Counted from the first letter of the stretch, positions 38,463 to 48,446 are shown. The stretch: DNA of 64,000 bases from Planctomycetota bacterium (GCA_965223845.1 CBDCXR010000004.1:1952001-2016000), one strand, 5' to 3'. Notes: generated from the letters alone by a model not told the origin. Made by a program: numbers and translations.

Positions 38463-38891
38463 ATGCTCTCCAAGGTCGAACGGTTTTGGATCGCCTTCAT
38501 CCTGCGATTCGCGTTTGGTTTCTTCTTCCTTTTCGCGGCGCTCAACATCTTCGACCACGGGCCCGAGGCGTTCTCGCAGGCGCTCGCGAAGCCGTTCGAG
38601 TCGACGTGGCTCTGGAAGGTCGGCGGGGATGCGTTCATCGACAAGTTCCTGTACGGCATGCCGTTCGTGTTCGCGGCGCTCAGTGTTCCGATCTTGACGG
38701 GGATCTTCCTGAAGCCGGCGCTCCGTCTCGGCGCGCTGCTCTTCGTCTGCCTCGGCCTCGGGAAATACATCCAAAACGCGAACGAGCTCGCGACCACCGC
38801 GTCCGATTTCTCGTTCGCCCTGATGATTTGTCTCGGGCTCTACGCGCTGGGACGTTCGGAGGACGACTCGCCGAAGGAGCTCGGCGCCTGA
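38463..38891 (+). CDS. DoxX-family membrane protein
   Basis: RBS GGAGG, LRFAFGFFFLFAA and four TM helices. Upstream TTCCCG-N17-TAAAAT (38247-38275). Confidence 0.75.
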   Translation: MLSKVERFWIAFILRFAFGFFFLFAALNIFDHGPEAFSQALAKPFESTWLWKVGGDAFIDKFLYGMPFVFAALSVPILTGIFLKPALRLGALLFVCLGLGKYIQNANELATTASDFSFALMICLGLYALGRSEDDSPKELGA

Positions 38892-38921
38892 TCAGCTCGA
38901 GCGAGCCGAAGAGGAGTCGGC

Positions 38922-39947
38922 GTGAACGCGCTCCCCGCCCTCGAGACTTACGATGCGGACTCGGAGCTCTTTCGCTTTTCGTTCCCGGCGATGGGAACGG
39001 AGAACGTCTTCCTTCTCGGCGGCGCCGACGAGGCGACGCTCAAGGCGGCGGCGCAGGAGGGGTACTCGATCGTCGATCGTCTCGAGGAGAAGCTCTCGAA
39101 GTTTCTCCCCGAGAGTGACGTGTCACTGATCGCTCGCTCCGCGGCGGGAAGTCCGGTTCGGGTTGGAGACGATACCTTCCACGTCCTCGAGCTCGCGCGC
39201 GAAGCCTGGGAGCTGACGGGCGGAGTGTTCGACCCGACGGTCGCGCCGCTCCTCAAGGCCTGGGGTTTCATCGATCTCGAGGCGCGCGTGCCGGATGATG
39301 CGGAGATCGCTCGACTCCGCGAGTCGCGGGGCATGGATCGCGTCGTTCTCGATCGTGATGGCTCGACCGTGACGCTCGAACGACCGGGAATCGAGCTCGA
39401 TCTCGGCGGAATCGGGAAGGGGTACGCGGCGGACCGGGTCGTCGAGGAGATGCGCCGCCGGGGGGTCGGCTGCGGGGCGATCGTCCTCGGTCGTTCGACG
39501 ATCGTCGTCTGGGGCTGTCCGCCGGAAGGCGGCCGCTGGCGAGTGGTGATCGCGCACCCCGAGCGAAGGGACGACACGATTGCGACCCTCGACGTGACGC
39601 CGGGCGTGCTCTCTTCGTCGAGCGCGGCGGAGAGGCATCTCAAAAGCGGGGGGAAGACCTACGGTCACGTGCTCGACCCCCGCACGGGACGTCCGTCGGC
39701 AACGCCCGTTCGAAGCACGACTGTCTGGACGAACGCTGGCGTCCTCGGCGATGTCCTGTCGACGTCGCTCTTCATCCTCGGCGAGAGCGCGCTCGCGCCC
39801 GGCGGGTGTGCGGAAGCGCTCGCGCGCAAGTGGGCGAGCGAGCTTCGGGTGGGGGCGTTCCTCGTCACGGAATCGACGGAGAGCTGGGGCGGACTCGCGA
39901 CGTCGACTCGCTTCCTCGGGGCGCCGACCTTCGGCGTCACCGAATAG
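38922..39947 (+). CDS. apbE: FAD:protein FMN transferase ApbE (no signal peptide)
   Basis: AMGT, FDPTVAPL, LDLGGIGKGYAAD, YGHVLDPRTG, DVLST. Confidence 0.95.
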   Translation: MNALPALETYDADSELFRFSFPAMGTENVFLLGGADEATLKAAAQEGYSIVDRLEEKLSKFLPESDVSLIARSAAGSPVRVGDDTFHVLELAREAWELTGGVFDPTVAPLLKAWGFIDLEARVPDDAEIARLRESRGMDRVVLDRDGSTVTLERPGIELDLGGIGKGYAADRVVEEMRRRGVGCGAIVLGRSTIVVWGCPPEGGRWRVVIAHPERRDDTIATLDVTPGVLSSSSAAERHLKSGGKTYGHVLDPRTGRPSATPVRSTTVWTNAGVLGDVLSTSLFILGESALAPGGCAEALARKWASELRVGAFLVTESTESWGGLATSTRFLGAPTFGVTE

Positions 39948-40197
39948 AACCCGAAGGTCGACGGAGTCGAGCGCGGGCGCGACAATCATGCGTCTACGTT
40001 TTACCCGCGGCGTTCGGGCGGTAGAATCTGGTGCCATCTCCGGGCTAAACTGGTACTGGCAGAACGTCGGCGTGGGCGCTGCCGGAGTCGCGCGCCCGCC
40101 CCGCTCGAGAATTGAATTTCATCCCGCTCGGGCCGTCCCTCTTCCGAGCGCATCTCGCGCCCGCGAGCGAGTCGAGACGACCGCGGAAGGAGTCTTC

Positions 40198-41781
40198 ATG
40201 AGTGCAGAACACGACAACGACGACGTCTACGTGAGCGCGGACGACGGTGTCGACCGCCGCGAGTTCATCGGGAGCGCAGCGCTCACGACGGCCGGCGTGG
40301 TCGCGGCCGGAATCTCGGCGTTTCAGTTCTCACAGAAAGAGCCCCCGCCCGACACCTCGAAGCTCGTCGGCAACAAGGTACGCCTCGGCTTCATCGGCGT
40401 GGGCCGGCGGGGAGGAGCGCTTCTCCGGAGTGCGGTCCAGGTGCCCGGGAACGATGTCGTCGCGGTCTGCGATCTCCAGGAGGGGGCGCGAAACGCCGCG
40501 AAGCGGGACGTCGAGAAGGCGTACAAAGCCGGAAATCAGCTCGCCGATGTCCGGCTCTTCGAGGACTACCACGAGCTGCTCAAGGACGAGAATATCGAGG
40601 CGGTGTTCATCGCGACACCTCAGTACCTCCACGGGCCGATGGCGCTCGACGCGCTCGAGGCCGGAAAGCACGTCTACTGCGAGAAGGCACTCGCGCTCAC
40701 GATCGGTGAGAATCGGGCGATCCTGAACGCGGTGAAGAAGCGCGGCTCGCAGGTATTCCAGGTCGGCCACCAGCGCCACTACTCACCCCTCTATCGCAAG
40801 GTCGCCGAGCTCGTTCACGGTGACCGAATCGGTGACGTGGCGGCGATCCGCGCACAGTGGAATCGAAACGACCTCGTCCGCCGGCCGTGCGCCGATCCGG
40901 CGCTCGAGAAGATCGTCAACTGGCGTCTCTATTCGGAGCTGTCGGGCGGTCTCACGACCGAGTTCGCGAGCCATCAAATCGATGTCGCGAACTGGCTTCT
41001 CGGCACGCACCCGGACTCCGTGGCGGGATTCGGCGGAGTCGATTGGTACGAGGACGGACGGGACACCGAGGACAACGTCCACATCATCTTCAACTACAAG
41101 GTCCCGGTCGCGAAGCGAAACGCCTACGGGGAGCTCGTCTACAAGGACGGCGAGAACGGAACCGATCTCGAATACGAGATGGAGCCGGACGGCCGCGTGA
41201 AGCGGCGCGACGTGCGCTTCTCCTACATGTCGGTGATGCAGAACGCGCATCTCGGGCCGTCGGAGCTCATCCTCGGACAGTACGGAACGCTCGAAGTGTC
41301 GCTCCAGGGCGGAGAGTTCTTCAAAGAGAAGAAAGCGCGCATCGACAAGAATCGGCAGAAGGAAGGGACGAACCCGCGTCGCGCCCTGCAGAAGAAGGTG
41401 CTCGTCTCGGGGTCGACCGTCGATCCGACGACCGCGGGAATCCCGCGGAAGAAAGGCGATCCACTCAAGTCCGAGGTGCGCGAGGGGGAGCGCTGGGTCG
41501 ACTTCACCGGCAACGTCGCGGGCGCGTACGACAAGCACGAGACCATGCTCGCGATTCACGGCTTCCTCCAGAGCATTCGCACGGCGCGGACCGATCCCGC
41601 GAGCTACAGCTACGAGCAGGTGCCGGCGAACGTCGCGGTGGGCGTCTGGGGTGCGGTCCCCGCGCTGATGGCGAATATCGCGATGCGAGAGGGCCGCCTC
41701 GTCCACTGGAGCGAGTTCTTCCCCGAAGAGAAGGACGAGCCCTACTTCATGGATCGACGCGGACGGCTCCGGCAGGCATGA
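40198..41781 (+). CDS. Tat-exported Gfo/Idh/MocA oxidoreductase
   Basis: DRREFI twin-arginine motif, GFIGVGRRG, IATP, HVYCEKAL, QVGHQR, NWRLY, ASHQID. Confidence 0.93.
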   Translation: MSAEHDNDDVYVSADDGVDRREFIGSAALTTAGVVAAGISAFQFSQKEPPPDTSKLVGNKVRLGFIGVGRRGGALLRSAVQVPGNDVVAVCDLQEGARNAAKRDVEKAYKAGNQLADVRLFEDYHELLKDENIEAVFIATPQYLHGPMALDALEAGKHVYCEKALALTIGENRAILNAVKKRGSQVFQVGHQRHYSPLYRKVAELVHGDRIGDVAAIRAQWNRNDLVRRPCADPALEKIVNWRLYSELSGGLTTEFASHQIDVANWLLGTHPDSVAGFGGVDWYEDGRDTEDNVHIIFNYKVPVAKRNAYGELVYKDGENGTDLEYEMEPDGRVKRRDVRFSYMSVMQNAHLGPSELILGQYGTLEVSLQGGEFFKEKKARIDKNRQKEGTNPRRALQKKVLVSGSTVDPTTAGIPRKKGDPLKSEVREGERWVDFTGNVAGAYDKHETMLAIHGFLQSIRTARTDPASYSYEQVPANVAVGVWGAVPALMANIAMREGRLVHWSEFFPEEKDEPYFMDRRGRLRQA

Positions 41782-42164
41782 CGCGAACGCTCCGGCGACC
41801 GGAACCGACGAAGACACCGGTGAGCTCGTCCGCGCGTGCGGTCGTTTCGCGACGGGCGAGCGACGGGAACGGCGACGTCAGACGATTCGTCGGCTCTTCG
41901 AAAGGAAGCGACCCGCAGTGGCTCCCGGCGCTCCGCGTGAGAGGAGAACCGCGCGTGGAGCCGCGCTGAGAACGGACGCTCGAGATCGACGTCGCCGTCT
42001 CAGCCGACAGAGCCCCGGAGATCGTCGTGCGCGCCACAACGGGCGGGGTACCTTGATGAGCGAGCGTCCCGTTCCCGAGTCTTCTTCTTCGCGTCGCGCG
42101 ACGGATTTCTGTCCATACGCCGAACCCGCGCTCGGGCCTAAACGCTAGCCTATGAACTCGAGTC

Positions 42165-43310
42165 TTAACGACAGCTCTCGTTGAGTTCGCAACCGATTCC
42201 GTCCTCGGTGGTGGGGTCGACGCCGCAGTCGCTCACACCGGGCGAAGGAATGGGGCCCTGGCGGAGGAAGAGTGCGCCGAGCGACATGGTCGCGTCGGCG
42301 ATGTCGATCGCTCCGTCGTCGTTCGAGTCACAGGCGTCGCCGCAATCCGGCTCTTCCTCGTCGAGAAACAGAGACCTGAGCGTAAAGATCGGGTCCGAGA
42401 TGTCGACGTTGCCGTCGTCGTTGCAGTCACCGCGGCGGAAAGACTCCGCCGGAGAGGGTGTTCGACTCGCCACACGAAAACCGATGTACGCGCCGACGCC
42501 TCCGGTGAACCGGTCGTCGGGACGATTGCAGATCCGGATGAAGAACCAATTGCTTCCCCAGGCCGACCCACGCAAGCAGCGCCCGGTAAATCCGCCGGTA
42601 GAGATCGCTTCCGTCCACTCCCAGAGATTGCCCGTCTGGTCGAACGTACCGTAGTAGCTCGTCGAGTCGCGGTACGCACCGACCTCTGTGGTGCCGATGA
42701 GACCGGTATCCGCCGTATTCACGCTATTCGTGCCACCTGGAGGCGGCTCGAAGGTGGGAAAATCGTCGCTCTGGGTCGCGAAGCGCCAATAGCCGCCCGC
42801 TCCGTCTGCCAGGGTCGGGTCGTAAAAGGCTGCCTTGTACCATTCATTTTCGCTGGGGATGAAGTAGGTCGCGTTCGGCGCACGAGTCTCGGTCTCCCCG
42901 GCTTCTACGGCGTAGGTACCGCTTTCCGTCCCGCCCGCACCCTGTCCGTTTTCCAGCCAGTTCACGAAGCGCATGGCATCGGTGAACCGTGCGTGAGTCA
43001 CGGGATGTCTCTCGAACCCCGCCTTCACCGAGTAACGGAAGCTGCCGCTCGACCCGGTTCGCGTGATGCGCATGTCCGGGTGAAAGAGCTCGTGCGGGTC
43101 CTCCGAGGCGACCTTCCCCAAGAACTCCACGTACTGCTCATTCGTCACTTCGTGCTTGCTGATCCGGTATTCATAGTCGACGCGGCCGAAGGAATCGCTG
43201 TCGGGCTCGTTTCCTACGTCGCCCACCGTCGCCCAGTCGAACTCAACTTGGCCAAATGAAGAACCGCACTGGCACAGCAAGGCAAGCAGCATCAGTTTGC
43301 GCATGATCAC
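42165..43310 (-). CDS. Exported FGE/SUMF1-fold protein with C-terminal dockerin-like domain
   Basis: ISKHEVTNEQY, IPSENEWYKAA, DQTGNLWEW, IGFRVA, then FRRGDCNDDGNVDISD and DSNDDGAIDIAD loops. Confidence 0.9.
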   Translation of the reverse strand: MIMRKLMLLALLCQCGSSFGQVEFDWATVGDVGNEPDSDSFGRVDYEYRISKHEVTNEQYVEFLGKVASEDPHELFHPDMRITRTGSSGSFRYSVKAGFERHPVTHARFTDAMRFVNWLENGQGAGGTESGTYAVEAGETETRAPNATYFIPSENEWYKAAFYDPTLADGAGGYWRFATQSDDFPTFEPPPGGTNSVNTADTGLIGTTEVGAYRDSTSYYGTFDQTGNLWEWTEAISTGGFTGRCLRGSAWGSNWFFIRICNRPDDRFTGGVGAYIGFRVASRTPSPAESFRRGDCNDDGNVDISDPIFTLRSLFLDEEEPDCGDACDSNDDGAIDIADATMSLGALFLRQGPIPSPGVSDCGVDPTTEDGIGCELNESCR

Positions 43311-43604
43311 TCCCTTGATTCCGGACGCAGGGCCGTCCGCTACGCGATCGCCGATGAGCGACTCGCCGGCTCGAGAACGCGGCGTCGTTCCTGCACCTTG
43401 CCGCGTTGTGGTTTAGTCCACCGGCGAGAATCAATCCCAACGTGCGAATCTAGCGTTTCGAGATCCCCCCCGAGCGCGGCGGGCCGAAACGAGAGAGATC
43501 GATCGCCGGTCGAGCGCTACGCTGGAAGCTCGCTGATGTCGACACGACTCGTTCCCACCCGAGGATTTGGTGTTGGGAATGGGCATCCACGGTGGATTCT
43601 TCGT

Positions 43605-44147
43605 ATGGCAGAGAAGCGGAAGGAGTTCATCGCGCAGTTCGTTCGCTCCGAACGATCGCTTCGAGCCTTGCTGCTGGCTGCTACGGGAGACATGAATCTC
43701 GCCGAAGATCTGCTGCAGAACGTAGCAAGCGCGCTCTGGGAGAAGTGGCCGAAGTACGATCCCGAGCGTCCTTTTCGAAGGTGGGCTCTGGGAGTCGCGC
43801 GGATCGAGATTCTTCGTTGGCGTCGTTCCGCAGCTCGAAATCGGATCGTCTTCGACGATCGAATCCTCGATCAACTCGTCGACGCCGCAGACCGGACTGC
43901 GGAAGAGGCCGATCGGAGCCTCGCCCTGTTGGCGGAATGCCTTCTCGAAGTGAACGGGAACGCGAGAGAGGTGCTGAACTTGAAATACACGCTCGGGCTC
44001 CGGTCGCGTCAAATCGCGGAAAAGATCGGGAAGAGCGTTGGTGCCGTCGAGATGCTCCTTACGCGCACGCGTCGAGCGCTGCGCGACTGTATCCTGCGAA
44101 AACTGGCTAGCCCGGACGTTTCACCAGACTCTCCTGCGCCACCGTAA
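43605..44147 (+). CDS. ECF RNA polymerase sigma factor (Planctomycete/Verrucomicrobia type)
   Basis: AEDLLQNV..LWEKWPKYDPERPFRRWALGVAR and region 4 QIAEKIGKSVGAVEMLLTRTRRALRDC. Confidence 0.93.
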   Translation: MAEKRKEFIAQFVRSERSLRALLLAATGDMNLAEDLLQNVASALWEKWPKYDPERPFRRWALGVARIEILRWRRSAARNRIVFDDRILDQLVDAADRTAEEADRSLALLAECLLEVNGNAREVLNLKYTLGLRSRQIAEKIGKSVGAVEMLLTRTRRALRDCILRKLASPDVSPDSPAPP

Positions 44148-44300
44148 GACGCGAATTGAGCATCGGATGTGTCGCCGCCCCGATCCTCAATGTGCTAGAG
44201 CACACCTCCGGTCAGTACGGCGTCACCTCCTTGTCGATTCACGCCCTACGGCGGTTCGCCGCTTCGCTCCCCGAATCTGGTGAGAAGACTGGACTGAGCC

Positions 44301-45224
44301 ATGACGCACCCAAAGGCCGACCTGATTGCGAAGTATCTCTCCGGCGATGCCGATGCGGACGAGGTGCAGCAGCTCTACCGGGCGCTGTCGGACGACCCGT
44401 CGGCCGCCGAGGCATTGCTGTCGGATGCGTACCTCGATGTCCATCTTCGCGAGGCGTTGACCAGCCTCTCATTGGGTGTTGATCTCGCCGACGTCGGTCA
44501 ACCGAGTGCGGTTGCCAGGCGAGCTCGGACCCCGTGGGTGGCAGCCGCCGTGCTGTTGGTCGCCATCTCGGGTTGGAGCGTGGCGGCGTACGTCGCTAGC
44601 GAACTCAACCGAGCTCGTACGGACATCGCCGCGCTCAACAGCCGGATCGCCTCCCTCGAAACGGCTCGTCCACTCGTACCCGTCGTCCGTGGCGACGGGC
44701 CACGAGTCCACAGCATGCGCGGCTTGCTCATGGCCGCGCGACCGAATGCCGGCGGGGAACTCGAAACGCGCTTGCTGGAGGTTGGCGCGTCCGCGCCCCT
44801 CGAACAGAGGCTCTGGACTTGCCCCTGGGGTGCGACCGAGTTTCGATACGATGGCGGCGCGTCGGTGACGGTCGAACGCGACTCGGCGGTCCAATTCAAC
44901 GAGGCGCAGGGCCGACGACAACTGACGCTCGAGCGTGGGATCGTGCACGTGACGAATCTATCGAGCGCCGACCGACGCCCGACCGAAATCCGGTGCGCTC
45001 TCGCCACCGTTCGAGTGGTCCGTGGTCAAGTGGCGGTTCAGGTCGACGAGCAGAAGACGGCGGTGGAAGCCGCGGTCAACGAGGCTCAAGTCCACGTGGA
45101 GGAGAACGGCGTCGAACGTTCGTTCACGGTGCGGCGAGGTCAGTACCTATTCATATCGCCCGGGAAGACAACGAACGTGATGGAGGGCGTGCTGGAATTG
45201 GGACTCGACGCGCCGAGCGGCTAG
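44301..45224 (+). CDS. FecR-like anti-sigma factor
   Basis: Short N-terminal anti-sigma-like domain (LIAKYLSG), a single TM and a beta-rich FecR-like domain (LTLERG). Follows the ECF gene. Confidence 0.75.
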   Translation: MTHPKADLIAKYLSGDADADEVQQLYRALSDDPSAAEALLSDAYLDVHLREALTSLSLGVDLADVGQPSAVARRARTPWVAAAVLLVAISGWSVAAYVASELNRARTDIAALNSRIASLETARPLVPVVRGDGPRVHSMRGLLMAARPNAGGELETRLLEVGASAPLEQRLWTCPWGATEFRYDGGASVTVERDSAVQFNEAQGRRQLTLERGIVHVTNLSSADRRPTEIRCALATVRVVRGQVAVQVDEQKTAVEAAVNEAQVHVEENGVERSFTVRRGQYLFISPGKTTNVMEGVLELGLDAPSG

Positions 45225-45248
45225 CCCGGTCTTCTCATCCGAATCGGC

Positions 45249-45962
45249 TCACCCGTTCGCCGCCCTCGGCGTCTCCGGATCCTCGGGCGTGAGCCCGACG
45301 ACGATGTCCGCTTTCGCGGCGAGCTCGCCGATCTTCGAATCGGGAATGCGGGCGAAGTCGATCGTCACTGCCGCACGCGCCTCGTCGCTCGGTAGCCGCT
45401 TGTAGAGGAAATCCTCAGCGTTCTTCTTCTCGCCCTTCACGTAGAGCTGAGTCGTGAGGAGGCGGTGCTCGCCCTTCTTCACGATGAGGTGGATATGAGG
45501 CGTGCGCCCCGTATAGGCGACGGGCTTGATGGTGCGGAAGTAGTATTCGCCCTTTCGGCCGGTGAGAAAGCGGCCGAAGCCCTGGAAGTTCTTGTCGAGT
45601 TTCTCCCGCCCATCCGACTTCGAGTGCAGATAGACGCCGCTGTTGTCCGTCTGCCAGATCTCGACGACCGCACCTCGGACCGGCTCGCCCTTCAGATCGA
45701 GCACGCGGCCCGAAAGGTGCGTGATCGAACCGACGGCAGGGGTGATCGTGTCGTTGATGATGAGAAGGTCGTTGTCCGTATCGAGAGGCAGCTTGTCCGG
45801 ATAGAACGGACCTTCGGCGTCGCGCGGCGTGCGAACGATCTCCTCGGCGAACGCACCGGGAAGGTAAAGCCCGCCGCTTCCGAGGGCCGCGGTCCCGACC
45901 GCGAGCTGACCGAGAAACTTGCGGCGGCCGTACGCGCCGTCTGACCGGGACGAGTGATCCAT
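45249..45962 (-). CDS. Tat-exported intradiol ring-cleavage dioxygenase-like protein
   Basis: GRRKFL Tat motif, EGPFYP, EIWQTDNSGVY, RTIKPVAY, PHIH, TTQLY. Confidence 0.9.
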   Translation of the reverse strand: MDHSSRSDGAYGRRKFLGQLAVGTAALGSGGLYLPGAFAEEIVRTPRDAEGPFYPDKLPLDTDNDLLIINDTITPAVGSITHLSGRVLDLKGEPVRGAVVEIWQTDNSGVYLHSKSDGREKLDKNFQGFGRFLTGRKGEYYFRTIKPVAYTGRTPHIHLIVKKGEHRLLTTQLYVKGEKKNAEDFLYKRLPSDEARAAVTIDFARIPDSKIGELAAKADIVVGLTPEDPETPRAANG

Positions 45963-46120
45963 GACCGAATCCTTCTTCGAAAAGCCCTCTGCGGGATGGA
46001 CCGGAAGAGGAGCCCGGCGGACTCCAGCGACCGATCGCTTCCTACTCGAACCCTCGCTGCGCCGCTGAGTTTCGCGTCCGTTCGAGGTCGATGCACGGAC
46101 GCTCGATCGAACGGGGACGA

Positions 46121-47563
46121 TCAGAACGAGCGCTGGCGCCCTTCCGTGCCGTCGCCGGAAGTCTCGTCGTCTTCGGTCGCGTCGCCGTTCGACGACGGTT
46201 CAGGCGCAGGCTCCTCGCCCTCGGAGCCGTCCTCCTCCTCCGCCGGTTCGGCCGCCCCGTCGCCCTCCGGAGCGCCGTCGTCCGAAGCGCCTTCTTCGCC
46301 CGAGTCCGCGTCCTCGCTCGAGCCTTCGTCACCACCCTCCCCGGCCGAGTCCTCCGCGTCGTCGCCGTCCTTCGGGTCGGCTGTGGCACCCTCTCCGGGG
46401 TCCGCCGCTTCAGCCGGCTGCTCGACTGCAGGCTCGACCGAAGGGGACGTTTCCGCCCCGTCGTCCGAAGCGCCCTCCGTCGCTTTCTCGCCGTCGCTTG
46501 CGTCGCCTGCTTCTTCGGCTGAATCCGCCCCGGTCTCCCCGCCGGGCCCCTCGCCCGCATCGGCATCCGCGCCATCGCCCGGCGCGTCATTCGAACCGGA
46601 TTCGGTCTCTGCCGTCCCGAGCACGCTTTCTAGCACTAGATCGACTTGCCACGCCTCAAGGTAACCCGACGCGAAGTAGACGCAGCGCCCGCCCGCGACG
46701 ACGACGAGGCTCGGGAAGTAGAGATTGAACACGCTCCGCGTTTTCGACGCCGCAGTGAACGCGGCATGGCGCGCGGCGAGCGCATTCCGCACGGCGACGA
46801 AATCCGCGCGCCCGATGACGGAGTACGCCTCGACGCCCACCGCCTCGACGTATCGCTTGACGAAGGCATCGACTTCGGGCGACTCGGCGTCGTCCTCGTA
46901 GAAGACGGCTTTCGCGCTCAGGCCGGGTACATTCTTTGCCGCCTCGACGACTTGCGGCCACTGCTTCGCAAAGCCGTCGTGGTACGTGCGCGAGAGGACG
47001 AACGCGACCGCGTCCCCCTCGGCTAACGGCCCGAGGACCGGGATCTCGTCGTCGTAACGCTCATTCGCCTCTCGCTGCGCTTCCACCTTCTCGAGCAGAC
47101 TCGCCTTCTTGTCCGCCTGGATCTTCGTCTTCAGGTTCGCGACGAGCTGCTCGAACTGGACGCGCGTTTCATCCTCGGCGCGCAGGAACTGCAGCTGATC
47201 GGCGGTCTCGATGCCCTGGACGTTCTCGTAACCGAACTCGATCGCCTTCGCGAGACTGGTGATGACATCGGCAGCGTCCGCGCCGTTCTGCGCGGCGACG
47301 AGCGTCTGGTACCACTGCCCCATACGCTTCAGATTCGCGTGGTCGGCCTTCAGCCCGGCTTCGAGCGCGCCACGCGAGAGTTCGTCCAGCCGCTCCCATT
47401 GGTTCGTCTGCTGGAACCGGCCGAGCCGAATTTCGGTCCAGTTCACCGACCGGGGAAGCCCCTCGAAATCGACCGTCAGCGCTTGCGCACCGGCGCCGAC
47501 GAGCGGCAGAAACACAAAGAGGAGACCGAGAAGAGTGACCGGGAGACGGCGACGCGAAACCAT
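46121..47563 (-). CDS. Hypothetical exported protein with long acidic low-complexity tail
   Basis: Signal peptide, helical N-terminal region and ~120-aa D/E/G/A-rich C-terminus. Confidence 0.75.
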   Translation of the reverse strand: MVSRRRLPVTLLGLLFVFLPLVGAGAQALTVDFEGLPRSVNWTEIRLGRFQQTNQWERLDELSRGALEAGLKADHANLKRMGQWYQTLVAAQNGADAADVITSLAKAIEFGYENVQGIETADQLQFLRAEDETRVQFEQLVANLKTKIQADKKASLLEKVEAQREANERYDDEIPVLGPLAEGDAVAFVLSRTYHDGFAKQWPQVVEAAKNVPGLSAKAVFYEDDAESPEVDAFVKRYVEAVGVEAYSVIGRADFVAVRNALAARHAAFTAASKTRSVFNLYFPSLVVVAGGRCVYFASGYLEAWQVDLVLESVLGTAETESGSNDAPGDGADADAGEGPGGETGADSAEEAGDASDGEKATEGASDDGAETSPSVEPAVEQPAEAADPGEGATADPKDGDDAEDSAGEGGDEGSSEDADSGEEGASDDGAPEGDGAAEPAEEEDGSEGEEPAPEPSSNGDATEDDETSGDGTEGRQRSF

Positions 47564-47811
47564 GCAGGAATCCTCAAGCGGTGCAGCGCGGAGTCGCCGA
47601 TGGCGACGAGCGCGATCAGCGGGAAAAACTCGCGGTGGGGGCCTTCTTCATCCTTCGACGCGAGGGGCGCCCGACACGACGGGAATCGAGTGACTTCGCG
47701 GTCATTCGAGCGCGATGCGGGAGAGTATACACCCTCTCGAACTCCGCCGAAAACGGGAGCGCGGACAATCCCGAGCGGCAGCGTCGACCGGTCCGTCGGG
47801 AGCAAAGCAAC

Positions 47812-47879
47812 AGACTCATAAGTGTGCACTTGCAACTCAGAAAGACTACATAGAGTGCACATAGAACTCTTTGAGTGCA
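47812..47879. promoter_or_regulatory. Putative NtrC-type enhancer sites
   Basis: Three 17-bp sites ending GTGCA (AGACTCATAAGTGTGCA, AGACTACATAGAGTGCA, AGAACTCTTTGAGTGCA) in an AT-rich patch. They resemble TGCAC-N7-GTGCA. Confidence 0.5.
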
Positions 47880-47977
47880 TCCGGTCGCGTCAGATCCCAA
47901 CCGGCCGGCGCCTCGCTGAAATCACAACCCCTCTTGATTTATGCACTTAAGGATCCTCCCGCGAGTTTTTCGTCTCG

Positions 47978-47993
47978 CGGCACGCGCTTTGTA
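47978..47993 (+). promoter_or_regulatory. Putative sigma54 -24/-12 promoter of glnK-amt
   Basis: CGGCAC-GCGCT-TTGTA versus consensus TGGCAC-N5-TTGCW, ~105 bp upstream of glnK. Confidence 0.55.
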
Positions 47994-48098
47994 TTTGCGG
48001 CCCACCGACGTAAAGCGTCGGTTCCGCCCTCGACAGGGCGGCCTCGGGCCCGACGGCGCTTTCAAACCCGCACTCCCGACCGTAAGGACACTTCCCTC

Positions 48099-48446
48099 AT
48101 GAAGCTCGTTTCGGCCGTCGTTCGGCCAGCTCGCCTCGAACTTGTCAAGGAACGCCTCGCCGACAGCGGATTCCACGGAATGACCGTGACCGACGTCCAG
48201 GGTGCCGGTCGCCAGCGCGGCCACACCGAGGTGTATCGAGGCCACGAGTACCAGGTCGACCTCATTCAAAAGGTCAAGCTCGAGATCGCCGTCGCGGACG
48301 ACAGCGTCGACAAGGTGGTCGATCTCCTCGCGGAGGCGGCGCGGTCCGGCTCCGAAGGCAAGATCGGCGACGGCAAGGTCTTCGTCTATCCGCTCGAGGA
48401 CGCGGTCCGCATCCGGACCGGGGAACGCGGAGACCCCGCGATCTGA
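48099..48446 (+). CDS. glnK: P-II nitrogen regulator
   Basis: MKLVSAVVRP, GAGRQRG, YRGHEY (T-loop Tyr), GKIGDGKVF, RIRTGE. Directly precedes amt. Confidence 0.97.
   Translation: MKLVSAVVRPARLELVKERLADSGFHGMTVTDVQGAGRQRGHTEVYRGHEYQVDLIQKVKLEIAVADDSVDKVVDLLAEAARSGSEGKIGDGKVFVYPLEDAVRIRTGERGDPAI

Noticed and set aside
41781-42165. Possible sRNA or small gene between convergent genes
   Set aside because: No convincing structure, RBS or motif seen.
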